64,000 nt of DNA. Source: an uncultured Prevotella sp. GTDB taxonomy: Bacteria; Bacteroidota; Bacteroidia; Bacteroidales; Bacteroidaceae. Made by a program: the position numbers and the translations under genes. Shown here one piece after another: positions 54,028 through 62,585 of this stretch (position 1 is its first letter; each line of letters opens with the position of its first letter). The notes beneath the pieces were generated by a model, which saw only the letters and a program-made list of their open reading frames with translations, was not told where the DNA came from and searched no databases. Where the stretch lies: assembly GCA_963931275.1 (NCBI GenBank), contig OZ006992.1, positions 63,810 through 127,809 of the forward strand, read 5' to 3'.

Positions 54028-54903
54028 ATGCAAGACAGCAAATATTTGGTAGCAACCGACCGCGACGCCCAATGGGGGCTTGTGGTCAACACCGTGGGAT
54101 ATGACGAAGTGTCGCCCGAGGAGCATTACCCGACAAAGGGGCATGCCGACGGCTACAACTTCGACATCGAGCGTGGGCGTATCCTTGACGAGTATCAGAT
54201 GCTTTACTTGCTCGAAGGTGAAGGCGTGTTCTCCTCAAAGCACGTCCGTGATGTGCATATCAAGGCCGGCGACATCTTCTTGCTGTTCCCCGGCGAGTGG
54301 CATACTTACCATCCGATGCCCGGAAGTCCGTGGAAGAGCTATTGGATAGGCTACAAGGGGCGCAACATGGACGACCGCCTGAAGTATGGCTTCCTGTCGC
54401 TTGAAAAGCCTGTGTACCATGTCGGTTTCAGCAACGACATCGTGTACCTGTATGACTCGGCGATAAAGACGGCCAAGGAAGAGCCAGCCCACTGCCAGCA
54501 GATACTTGCGGGGATAGTCAACAACCTGCTCGGACTGATGTATTCGCTTGAGCGCAGCATGGAGCTTAGCCGCAAGGGAGGCTATGTAGACATGATAAAC
54601 AGGGCGCGCTTGCGCATCCGCGAGGGTGTGGAAGAGAAGATAACGGTGCAGGAGATAGCCGACGGCTTGGGTTCAAGCTACTCTAATTTCCGCAAGCTTT
54701 TCAAGGAGTTCACGGGCATTTCGCCGGCGTCTTACCAGCAAGACCTGAAGTTGCAGCGCGCCAAGGAGCTGCTCTCAACCACCGACATGAGCATAAAAGA
54801 GATAGCTTACCGCCTGAATTTCGACTCGCCTGATTATTTTTCAAGCAAGTTCAAGAACAAGATTGGCTGCAAGCCGAGCGAATACAGGGCGAAGACGAGA
54901 TAA
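54028..54903 (+). CDS. AraC-family regulator with N-terminal cupin sensor (candidate rhamnose regulator)
   Basis: Cupin-like GDIFLLFPGEWHTYHP and C-terminal HTH pair. Start moved to ATG 54028. The RhaR assignment rests only on proximity to the rha genes. Confidence 0.85.
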   Translation: MQDSKYLVATDRDAQWGLVVNTVGYDEVSPEEHYPTKGHADGYNFDIERGRILDEYQMLYLLEGEGVFSSKHVRDVHIKAGDIFLLFPGEWHTYHPMPGSPWKSYWIGYKGRNMDDRLKYGFLSLEKPVYHVGFSNDIVYLYDSAIKTAKEEPAHCQQILAGIVNNLLGLMYSLERSMELSRKGGYVDMINRARLRIREGVEEKITVQEIADGLGSSYSNFRKLFKEFTGISPASYQQDLKLQRAKELLSTTDMSIKEIAYRLNFDSPDYFSSKFKNKIGCKPSEYRAKTR

Positions 54904-54919
54904 AAAATAATTAAGAGTT

Positions 54920-54992
54920 AAGAATCAAGAGCTAAGAAAAAATGCCTTGTCGGATGTTCCGACAAGGCATTTTTTCTTAGCTCTTGATTCTT
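54920..54992. repeat. periodic-unit hairpin, 34-bp perfect stem with 5-nt loop, between convergent genes
   Basis: AAGAATCAAGAGCTAAGAAAAAATGCCTTGTCGG (54920-53) ATGTT, then the exact complement at 54959-54992. Imperfect unit copies extend both arms to ~54909 and ~55028. Confidence 0.9.
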
Positions 54993-55028
54993 GATTTCTT
55001 AGCCCTTAGTTCTTAACCCTTGATTTTT

Positions 55029-56375
55029 TTACAGTCCTATCACGGATTTTTCAACCCAATAGGCCAATATTCCGAGAACGTATCCGATGAAGGCAATCCA
55101 TGAGATGCGCTTCATGTACCATACGAACGTTATCTTTTCCAGTCCCATCACGACCACTCCTGCGGCCGAACCGATGATGAGCATCGAGCCGCCGACGCCG
55201 GCGCAGTAAGCCAGGAGCTGCCAGAAGATGCCGTCCTGGGCCATGTCGCCCACTTCGGCCATCGGGTACATGCCCATGCATCCGGCCACGAGAGGCACGT
55301 TGTCAACGATGCTCGACAGCACGCCGATAAGCCCGGTCACAAGGTAATGGTTGCCGTCGAACGTTGTGTTGAGGCCCTTGCCGAGTGAAGCCAGCACGCC
55401 GATTTCCTGCAGGCAGGCCACGGCCATCAGTATGCCGAGGAAGAAGAGGATGGTACTCATGTCGATGCGTGAGATTATGCTTGCTATGCGCTTGTGCGTT
55501 CCGCCCTTCTCGTCGTGTTCAGGCAGGTGGCGGTAGAACATTTCCGTAGCCGTCCAAAGCACGCCAAGCACGAGCAGTATGCCCACGAACGGAGGCAGGT
55601 GGGTGATTGACTTGAATATGGGCACGAAGATAAGGCCGCCCACGCCGAGCCAGAACACCGTCTTGCGCTGGCCGTCAGAGAAGTTGGCGGCCACCGTGGC
55701 AGTGCCGAAGTCAGCCTTGGCCGCAACCTCGCCCTTGAGGTGCAGCGACAGGAGGTATGCCGGCACTACTACTGAAACCAACGAAGGTATGAACAGTTCC
55801 TTGATCACTCCGGCTGCGGTAATCAGTCCCTTGTTCCAGAGCATTATGGTTGTTACGTCGCCGATGGGCGAGAACGCGCCTCCCGAGTTGGCCGCAATGA
55901 TGATGAGCGAGGCGTAGATGAGGCGGTCGTTGCGGTCGGAAATGAGCTTGCGCAGGATCATCACCATCACGATGGCCGTCGTCATGTTGTCGAGAATGGC
56001 CGAAAGGAAGAACGTGAGGATGGTTATTCGCCACAGCAGGGCGCGCTTGCTCTTGGTCTTCATCATGTCGCGCACGAAGTTGAAGCCGCCGTACTGGTCA
56101 ACGGTTTCGACTATTGTCATCGCTCCCATGAGGAAGAACAGTGTGGTTGCGGTGCTTCCCAGGTGGCCTTCGATGGCCGAACTGGCCGTCGAGGCGATGT
56201 CGTCAGGCGATATTCCGATGGGGAAGTTGCCCGGGTCGAACATGTAGATGGTCCAACAGGCGACAAACATCAGCAGCGCAACCGCGGCCTTGTTGACTTT
56301 CGTAAAGCTTTCCAAGGCGATGAAAAGGTATCCGATGACGAATACCACAACGATAGTAAGTGTTAATGTTGACAT
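55029..56375 (-). CDS. nhaD: NhaD/ArsB-superfamily Na+/H+ antiporter
   Basis: 448 aa, ~12 TM. ...LSAILDN.TT... and ...SSIVDNVPLV... motifs. Confidence 0.85.
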   Translation of the reverse strand: MSTLTLTIVVVFVIGYLFIALESFTKVNKAAVALLMFVACWTIYMFDPGNFPIGISPDDIASTASSAIEGHLGSTATTLFFLMGAMTIVETVDQYGGFNFVRDMMKTKSKRALLWRITILTFFLSAILDNMTTAIVMVMILRKLISDRNDRLIYASLIIIAANSGGAFSPIGDVTTIMLWNKGLITAAGVIKELFIPSLVSVVVPAYLLSLHLKGEVAAKADFGTATVAANFSDGQRKTVFWLGVGGLIFVPIFKSITHLPPFVGILLVLGVLWTATEMFYRHLPEHDEKGGTHKRIASIISRIDMSTILFFLGILMAVACLQEIGVLASLGKGLNTTFDGNHYLVTGLIGVLSSIVDNVPLVAGCMGMYPMAEVGDMAQDGIFWQLLAYCAGVGGSMLIIGSAAGVVVMGLEKITFVWYMKRISWIAFIGYVLGILAYWVEKSVIGL

Positions 56376-56624
56376 TTTGGTTTTGTTTAAAGATTAGTTG
56401 TTTTCATTGTGCAAAAATAATGATTATTTCCTAATATGTGTGTTATTGTGACAAGAAAATGCTTTTTCAGAATGTTATAAATTGCAAAGTCCACTTTGCA
56501 ATCATGGACTTCGCCCCCTCTGCCTGGCGTTTCCGCCAATGTCGGCGGCCGTTGTCCGCCGCATGTTTGCGGCCTGTCGCCAACATGGCTTGATGACGGC
56601 GGCTAACCGCCTGAGGCTCTGCGA

Positions 56625-56712
56625 CTTTCCCGTTTGCCGTGTTTCGCGTCGCAAAACGTGGCTTTTTACAACGCAAAAGGCCACAAAACGCACGCTAAAA
56701 TGGCATCCTTCG
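56625..56712. repeat. REP-like palindromic element (left part, split by MITE copy B)
   Basis: ...CGCAAAACGTGGCTTTTTACAACGCAAAAGGCCACAAAACGCACGCTAAAATGGCATCCTTCG. Confidence 0.75.
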
Positions 56713-57097
56713 GGTTCATCCGCAAACCTTTGGGATAGTACATAAAAGTCTATCCTGTCCCCGAAGGGGGCAAACTCCGCTTAACCGCCGGTGGAGTGAG
56801 CGCGGCGAACGTAACCTGCGGTAAGTCGAAACTACTCCAGCCGTCCCCGAAGGGGGCGAATGGCGTGTTGGGTTATGCGGTGGCGGGTTCTTACGGTTAT
56901 GCGGTATGTCCGTATATCCCAATAACCGTATAACCTTAAACCTTACAACCGTAAATGCCGTTCGCCCTCTTCGAGGATGATATTATTTGCGCATACATAC
57001 AGCAAGTTCCGCTTCACTCCACATGCGGTTAAGCTTAATTGGACGTCTTCGACGCCCTGCTACGCATTGTTGTCATCCCAAAGGTTTGCGGATGAAG
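56713..57097 (-). mobile_element. 385-bp MITE copy B (inverted relative to copy A)
   Basis: Same length and ~95% identity to copy A. 9-bp flanking duplication CATCCTTCG (56704-56712) / CATCTTTCG (57098-57106). Confidence 0.85.
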
Positions 57098-57140
57098 CAT
57101 CTTTCGTAATGCGGAAGATGCCATTTTACAATGTGCCGGC
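57098..57140. repeat. REP-like hairpin, right part (split by MITE copy B)
   Basis: CATCTTTCGTAATGCGGAAGATGCCATTTT. Joined to 56697-56712, it restores an AAAATGGCATC.TTCG-TAATG-CGGAAGATGCCATTTT palindrome. Confidence 0.75.
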
Positions 57141-57248
57141 TTACAGGCTGCGCCACCGCTTGCGCCCTTGTGCCGCGCCGCAAGCCGAATTCTCAAATCT
57201 TATTGTCTAAAAATCAAAATATTGTACGGCGTTATGTGTAATATTGGT

Positions 57249-57256
57249 TATCTTTG
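57249..57256 (+). promoter_or_regulatory. Bacteroidetes -7 box TATCTTTG (rhaBAT)
   Basis: 35 nt upstream of the rhaB ATG at 57291. Confidence 0.55.
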
Positions 57257-57290
57257 CAAAAACGCAATTTAATACTTAAAAACATATCAA

Positions 57291-58763
57291 ATGGAAAATA
57301 CTCGTTGTTTTTTCGCTGTAGACTTGGGTGCTACGAGCGGTAGGACGATAATAGGAACTCTCGCCGACGGCAAAGTCAGGCTTGAGGAGCTGACACGTTT
57401 CCCCAACAACCTCATTGAGACGGGGGGCCACTTTTATTGGGACATCTACGCCCTGTATTTCGAGATAATCAAGGGCCTGAAGGCGGCCGTGCGCCGCGGA
57501 TTGCAGGTTGAGAGCATCGGCATCGACACGTGGGGCGTTGACTTCGTGTGCGTAGGCGATGACGGCGCGTTGCTGCGCAATCCGCTGTCTTACCGCGACC
57601 CGCACACGTTCGGCGCGATGGAAGAGTACTTTGCGAACGCCGTTCCGAAGGAAGACGTCTACAAGGCCACCGGCATACAGTTCATGAACTTCAACTCGCT
57701 GTTCCAGCTTTACGTGATGAAGCGCGACGGCAACACGGCCTTGAAGCACGCCGAGAAAATCCTCTTCGTGCCCGACGCGCTTAGCTGGATGCTCACGGGC
57801 GAGGAAGTCTGCGAGTACACAATAGCGTCAACCAGCCAGTTGCTCAACCCCGTGACCAAGGAGCTTGACGCCCGTCTGCTCTCCAGCCTCGGGCTTGGGC
57901 GCGACTTGTTCGGCCGCATGGTCATGCCGGGCACACGCATAGGCACGCTTACCGAAGAGGTGCAGAAGATGACGGGGCTCGGCCCTGTGCCCGTAATCGC
58001 CGTTGCGGGACACGACACGGCGAGCGCGGTGGCCGCCGTTCCGGCCAAGGACGAACACTTCGCTTACCTCAGCAGCGGCACTTGGAGCCTGATGGGCATC
58101 GAGACTAAAGAGCCTATTATTAATAATGTGAGTTACGAACGCAACTTCACCAACGAAGGCGGCGTGGAGGGAACCACGCGCTTCCTGAAGAACATCTGCG
58201 GCATGTGGCTGCTTGAGCGGTGCCGCAAGGAGTGGGGCGACGACGCCCCCGCCGACTACGGCGTGCTGCTTTCAGAGGCTATGAAGGTGCCGGCGTTCCA
58301 GAGCCTTATCAACCCTGACAACCCCGTCTTCGCCAATCCTGCCGACATGCAAGGCGCAATCAAGGAATACTGCTGCGCCACGGGGCAGCATGTTCCCGAA
58401 GGCTACGCCGAGATTTGCCGCTGCATCTTCGAGAGCCTGGCCCTGCGTTACCGCCAGGTGGCCGGCTATTTGAAGGAGATGGCGTCGTTCCCCATCGACA
58501 CGCTGCACATCATCGGCGGCGGCTCTTTGAACGAATACCTCAACCAGTTTACGGCCAACGCTACCGGACTGACCGTCCTCGCCGGGCCGCAGGAATGCAC
58601 CGCCCTGGGCAACATCATGCTGCAGGCAAAGGCGGCGGGTGCGGTTGGCGGAATATTCGACATGCGCCGCATCATCGCCGAAAGCGTTACCATGAAGCGT
58701 TATGAGCCGCAAGACAAGGCCTTGTGGGACGAGGCTTACGAGAAATTCAAGGAGCTGAAGTAG
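57291..58763 (+). CDS. rhaB: rhamnulokinase
   Basis: FFAVDLGATSGR...GIDTWGVDF...FGGH sugar kinase. Followed by rhaA and rhaT. Confidence 0.9.
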   Translation: MENTRCFFAVDLGATSGRTIIGTLADGKVRLEELTRFPNNLIETGGHFYWDIYALYFEIIKGLKAAVRRGLQVESIGIDTWGVDFVCVGDDGALLRNPLSYRDPHTFGAMEEYFANAVPKEDVYKATGIQFMNFNSLFQLYVMKRDGNTALKHAEKILFVPDALSWMLTGEEVCEYTIASTSQLLNPVTKELDARLLSSLGLGRDLFGRMVMPGTRIGTLTEEVQKMTGLGPVPVIAVAGHDTASAVAAVPAKDEHFAYLSSGTWSLMGIETKEPIINNVSYERNFTNEGGVEGTTRFLKNICGMWLLERCRKEWGDDAPADYGVLLSEAMKVPAFQSLINPDNPVFANPADMQGAIKEYCCATGQHVPEGYAEICRCIFESLALRYRQVAGYLKEMASFPIDTLHIIGGGSLNEYLNQFTANATGLTVLAGPQECTALGNIMLQAKAAGAVGGIFDMRRIIAESVTMKRYEPQDKALWDEAYEKFKELK

Positions 58764-58798
58764 AAAAATATAATGACATAACTTTAAAACCCGAATAA

Positions 58799-60052
58799 AT
58801 GAAAGAAGAATTGGTTACAAAGGCATATGGAATAGCCAAAGAGCGTTATGCCGAGATAGGTGTTGACACGGAGAAAGTGATAGCCCAGATGCAGGATTTC
58901 CATCTCAGCCTGCACTGCTGGCAGACCGACGACGTCATCGGTTTTGAGAGCCTTGAGGGGTCGCTCAGTGGCGGCATAGCCACTACGGGCAATTATCCCG
59001 GCCGTGCGCGGAACATCGACGAGGTGCGCATGGACATCGAAAAGGCCAAAAGCCTCATACCCGGCACGCACCGACTGAACCTGCATGAAATCTACGGCGA
59101 CTTCAAGGGCAAGGCCGTTGACCGTGACGAGTGCCTTCCCGAGCATTTCCAGAGCTGGATAGACTGGGCTAAGGAGAACAACATGAAGCTCGACTTCAAC
59201 TCGACTTCATTCTCTCATCCCAAGAGCGGAAACCTCACTCTCGCCAATCCTGACGACGGGATACGCCGCTTCTGGATTGAACACACCAAGCGTTGCCGCG
59301 CCATCGCCGAGGCCATGGGTAAGGCTCAGGGCGACCCCTGCATAATGAACTTGTGGGTTCACGACGGCAGCAAGGACATGACCGTGTGCAAGTTGAAGTA
59401 CCGCGAACTGCTAAAAACTTCGCTTGACGAAATCTTCGAGACAAAGTACGACAACATGAAAGACTGTCTCGAGAGCAAGGTGTTCGGCATAGGGCTTGAG
59501 AGTTACACCGTAGGTTCTAACGACTTCTACACCGCTTACGCCGCGAAGAACAACAAAATCATCACCCTTGACACCGGACATTTCCATCCTACGGAGAGTG
59601 TCGCTGATAAGGTGTCGGCCATGTTGTTGTTCGTGCCGGAGCTGATGCTGCACGTCAGCCGCCCGATTCGTTGGGATTCTGACCACGTTACCATAATGGA
59701 TGACCCCACGCTCGACCTCTTCCAAGAGATTGTACGTGCCGGCGCGTTGGACAGAGTGCATTACGGGCTTGACTATTTCGACGCTTCAATCAACCGTATC
59801 GGCGCATACGTCATCGGCAGCCGTGCCGCCCAGAAGTGCATGTTGCGGGCTTTGCTTGAGCCGTTGGCCACGCTCCGCGGGTATGAAGCTGAGGACAAGG
59901 GCTTTGAGAGGCTGGCTTTGCTTGAGGAGGAGAAAGCTCTTCCGTGGCAGGCTGTTTATGACGAGTTCTGCCTCCGTAATGATGTTCCCGTCGGACAGGA
60001 TTTCATCGCTGATGTGGAGCAGTACGAGAAAGACGTTACTTCGAAGCGATAA
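58799..60052 (+). CDS. rhaA: L-rhamnose isomerase
   Basis: 417 aa. ...LSLHCWQ.DDV.GFE..., LNLH.IY, DTGHFHPTE. Confidence 0.92.
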   Translation: MKEELVTKAYGIAKERYAEIGVDTEKVIAQMQDFHLSLHCWQTDDVIGFESLEGSLSGGIATTGNYPGRARNIDEVRMDIEKAKSLIPGTHRLNLHEIYGDFKGKAVDRDECLPEHFQSWIDWAKENNMKLDFNSTSFSHPKSGNLTLANPDDGIRRFWIEHTKRCRAIAEAMGKAQGDPCIMNLWVHDGSKDMTVCKLKYRELLKTSLDEIFETKYDNMKDCLESKVFGIGLESYTVGSNDFYTAYAAKNNKIITLDTGHFHPTESVADKVSAMLLFVPELMLHVSRPIRWDSDHVTIMDDPTLDLFQEIVRAGALDRVHYGLDYFDASINRIGAYVIGSRAAQKCMLRALLEPLATLRGYEAEDKGFERLALLEEEKALPWQAVYDEFCLRNDVPVGQDFIADVEQYEKDVTSKR

Positions 60053-60065
60053 AACAGCATACAAG

Positions 60066-60120
60066 CAAACAAACGACAAGCAGACAAGGCCTCGGCTTTG
60101 CTTGCTTGTCGCCTGTTTGG
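60066..60120. repeat. imperfect periodic-unit hairpin (ACAAGCAGAC units) between rhaA and rhaT
   Basis: GCAAACAAACGACAAGCAGACAAGG versus CTTTGCTTGCTTGTCGCCTGTTTGG, ~19/24. Confidence 0.5.
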
Positions 60121-60137
60121 CGGTAAACTGACTTGAT

Positions 60138-61151
60138 ATGGAAATACTGATAGGATTAATCATTATTGCGATAGGCGCGTTCTGCCAGTCGAGTTGCTAC
60201 GTGCCTATCAACAAGATAAAGTCTTGGAGCTGGGAGTCTTACTGGCTTGTGCAAGGCGTTTTCGCGTGGCTTGTGTTCCCGTTGATGGGCGCGCTGCTCG
60301 CCGTTCCGGAGGGCAGGGGGCTTATGGAGCTGTATGCCGCCGACCCTGAGGCGTCGCTTTTGACGATGTTCTTCGGCGTGTTGTGGGGCGTAGGCGGGCT
60401 TACGTTCGGCTTGTCGATGCGTTATCTCGGCGTGGCTCTCGGCCAGAGTATCGCCCTCGGCACGTGCGCCGGACTTGGAACAGTGCTTACTCCCGTGTTC
60501 ACCGGCAACATGCAAGACCTCACTACGCCGGTAATCGTGGGCGTGGTGGTCACGCTTGCGGGCATCGCCGTCATCGGAGTGGCCGGCAACATGAAGTCGA
60601 AGTCGCTCAGCGAGGAAGAAAAGAAGAAGGCCGTTAAGGACTTCAACTTCACCAAAGGCATTATAGTGGCCCTGCTTGCGGGCTTCATGAGCGCGTGCTT
60701 CAACATCGGTTTGGGCTTCGGCGCGGACTTGAATTTCGGTGAAGAGACCGACCCCATGTTCATGACTCTGCCCGCAACGCTGCTCGTAACGATAGGAGGC
60801 TTTGTCACGAACGCCGTCTATTGTTTTTACCAGAACAGCAAGAACCATACTTGGGGTGACTATTCGCAGACGCGGCTTTACGCCAACAACATCGTGTTCT
60901 GTGCCTTGGCGGGCTTGCTTTGGTACAGTCAGTTCTTTGGGTTGAGCCTCGGCAAGGGCTTCTTGACCGATTCTGCTGTACTCATGACGTTCTCTTGGTG
61001 CATACTGATGGCGTTGAACGTAACGTTCAGCAACGTTTGGGGAATCATCCTCAAGGAGTGGAAAGGTTGCTCACGGCAGACCATCGCCGTGCTGTTGCTC
61101 GGCTTGTTGGTTCTCATCGTGTCGTCGTTCCTTCCGCAACTGCTTAAATAG
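60138..61151 (+). CDS. rhaT: L-rhamnose/H+ symporter
   Basis: 337 aa, 10 TM. GAFCQSSCYVP..K...WSWE..WL. Confidence 0.88.
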   Translation: MEILIGLIIIAIGAFCQSSCYVPINKIKSWSWESYWLVQGVFAWLVFPLMGALLAVPEGRGLMELYAADPEASLLTMFFGVLWGVGGLTFGLSMRYLGVALGQSIALGTCAGLGTVLTPVFTGNMQDLTTPVIVGVVVTLAGIAVIGVAGNMKSKSLSEEEKKKAVKDFNFTKGIIVALLAGFMSACFNIGLGFGADLNFGEETDPMFMTLPATLLVTIGGFVTNAVYCFYQNSKNHTWGDYSQTRLYANNIVFCALAGLLWYSQFFGLSLGKGFLTDSAVLMTFSWCILMALNVTFSNVWGIILKEWKGCSRQTIAVLLLGLLVLIVSSFLPQLLK

Positions 61152-61156
61152 AAAGG

Positions 61157-61243
61157 TAAAAAAGTAAAACGGTAAAAAGGTAAAACAAGCTGAAAGCGTT
61201 CTTTGCATCAACTGTTTTACCTTTTTACCGTTTTACTTTTTTA
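61157..61243. repeat. periodic-unit hairpin (GGTAAAAAG units), 31-bp perfect stem
   Basis: TAAAAAAGTAAAACGGTAAAAAGGTAAAACA (61157-61187) is exactly complementary to 61213-61243. Confidence 0.88.
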
Positions 61244-61254
61244 TTTTTATTCTT

Positions 61255-61337
61255 GTCTTTTCACCTTTTCATTGTTTTCCTTTTTCACCTTCATCCTTGT
61301 CTTTTCACCTTTTCACTGTTTCACCTTTTCACCTTTG
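61255..61337 (+). repeat. one-orientation periodic array (CTTTTCACC units)
   Basis: CTTTTCACCTTTTCATTGTTTTCCTTTTTCACCTTCATCCTTGTCTTTTCACCTTTTCACTGTTTCACCTTTTCACC. No complementary arm in the window. Confidence 0.75.
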
Positions 61338-61365
61338 TTTATTGTCTTTTCTTTCCTATAACGCA

Positions 61366-61395
61366 AAAATCCGATGTTTCACAACATCGGATTTT
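61366..61395. terminator. bidirectional intrinsic terminator between rhaT and rhaD
   Basis: AAAATCCGATGTT-TCAC-AACATCGGATTTT, with an A tract on one side and a T tract on the other. Confidence 0.7.
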
Positions 61396-61479
61396 CGTGT
61401 CTATAGACTATCTAACTAAATATTATCTGAGAATGATAAGATTTTATGTTTTGTTGCTTTGTTTAATGTCCTTTGTTTA

Positions 61480-62295
61480 TCATTTCGGCAGGTTGAATGC
61501 CTTTGTCATCTCGGCCATCTGCTCGTCGCTCATGCCTTCAGGCTCTTCGCCCATGTTCTTGGCGGCGATGTAGATTAGCGCGCTCTTGTTCAGCACGTCC
61601 ACCTGGTCGAAAGCTTGCATTATGTCGGTGTCGATTGCGAACACCCCGTGTTTCTCCCACATGGCCACGTCGTAGTCGTCAAGCTGCCTTACGGTTTCTT
61701 CGGCCAGTTTCACGCTGCTTGGCAGTTCGTAAGGTATGATGCCGAGGCCGCGCGGGCAGAATGCCTTTGTCTCAGGTATCATGCTCCACAGCAGCTTTGT
61801 AAGCACGTCCTTGCCCAAGAACTTGCGTATGTGTGTCATGGCGACAAGCTCGATGGGGTGGGTGTGGAGCGACGCGCGGTAGGGTGACCCCTTTTCTATC
61901 AGGTGGTCATGCACCATCAGGTGTGACGGCAGTTCGCTCGTCGGGTTGACCGGGTTGTCGGCTATGATGACATAGCTTGCGCAGTCGTCAAGTATCCTGA
62001 TTATGCTTCCGTTCTCCATCGGCCAGCGTGCCAAGTCGCGCATCCTGCGGTTTGTGCCCTTGCAGAAGAAGTAAGTGCCTTTCAGGTGGGGCAGTGTCAC
62101 GCCGATTTGCTTCACCTCGCTGATTGCAGGCATCTGCCTTATCTCGTCGTCAACAAGCTCGGTCACGTTTACCGTGATGTTTCCACCGTTGCGCTCAGCC
62201 CAACCCTTTTGCCACAGGTAGCCGGCTACTTCGGCAACTTTGTCAACTTCTTTCTTCAATTCTGGGCGTCCGTCAAGGATACTTTTCATAATCAT
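61480..62295 (-). CDS. rhaD: rhamnulose-1-phosphate aldolase (class II aldolase)
   Basis: ...GWAERNGGNITV..., LHTHP.ELVAMTH. Confidence 0.88.
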   Translation of the reverse strand: MIMKSILDGRPELKKEVDKVAEVAGYLWQKGWAERNGGNITVNVTELVDDEIRQMPAISEVKQIGVTLPHLKGTYFFCKGTNRRMRDLARWPMENGSIIRILDDCASYVIIADNPVNPTSELPSHLMVHDHLIEKGSPYRASLHTHPIELVAMTHIRKFLGKDVLTKLLWSMIPETKAFCPRGLGIIPYELPSSVKLAEETVRQLDDYDVAMWEKHGVFAIDTDIMQAFDQVDVLNKSALIYIAAKNMGEEPEGMSDEQMAEMTKAFNLPK

Positions 62296-62494
62296 CAGAT
62301 TTTTTACTTTGCAAAGATATGAAAAAACAATTGAACATTCACATTGTAATTTGACATGAAAACATGGTTTTTTGACACTCTTTCACATAATGAATGCTTT
62401 TCTTCCCATCCTTTGCCTAAGGTTTGCCGTGCTGTATGAAGCCTTGCTTGGAATGGCGTTTTGCTGCCGTTTGATAAGTGGCTGATACTCAGTG

Positions 62495-62585
62495 CTTTGC
62501 CCGTTTGCCGCCTTTCAGCGTGCGAAAGGTGGCCTTTTGTGCGCCGAAACATGGCCTTTTGCAAGCGAAAAGGCCGTGTTTCACA
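62495..62585. repeat. REP-like palindromic element
   Basis: TTTGCCCGTTTGCCGCCTTTCAGCGTGCGAAAGGTGGCCTTTTGTGCGCCGAAACATGGCCTTTTGCAAGCGAAAAGGCCGTG. Confidence 0.8.

Noticed and set aside
10702-61243. Treating all long periodic-unit hairpins as ordinary Rho-independent terminators
   Set aside because: The stems are 20-39 bp and most lack a T tract. Three sit inside apparent operons (ptb-buk, RR-HK, rhaA-rhaT) and two enclose ORFs. Where a classical terminator is present (61366-61395) it is additional to the long hairpin. A terminator role for the ones between convergent genes (19584, 23983, 54920) is not excluded.
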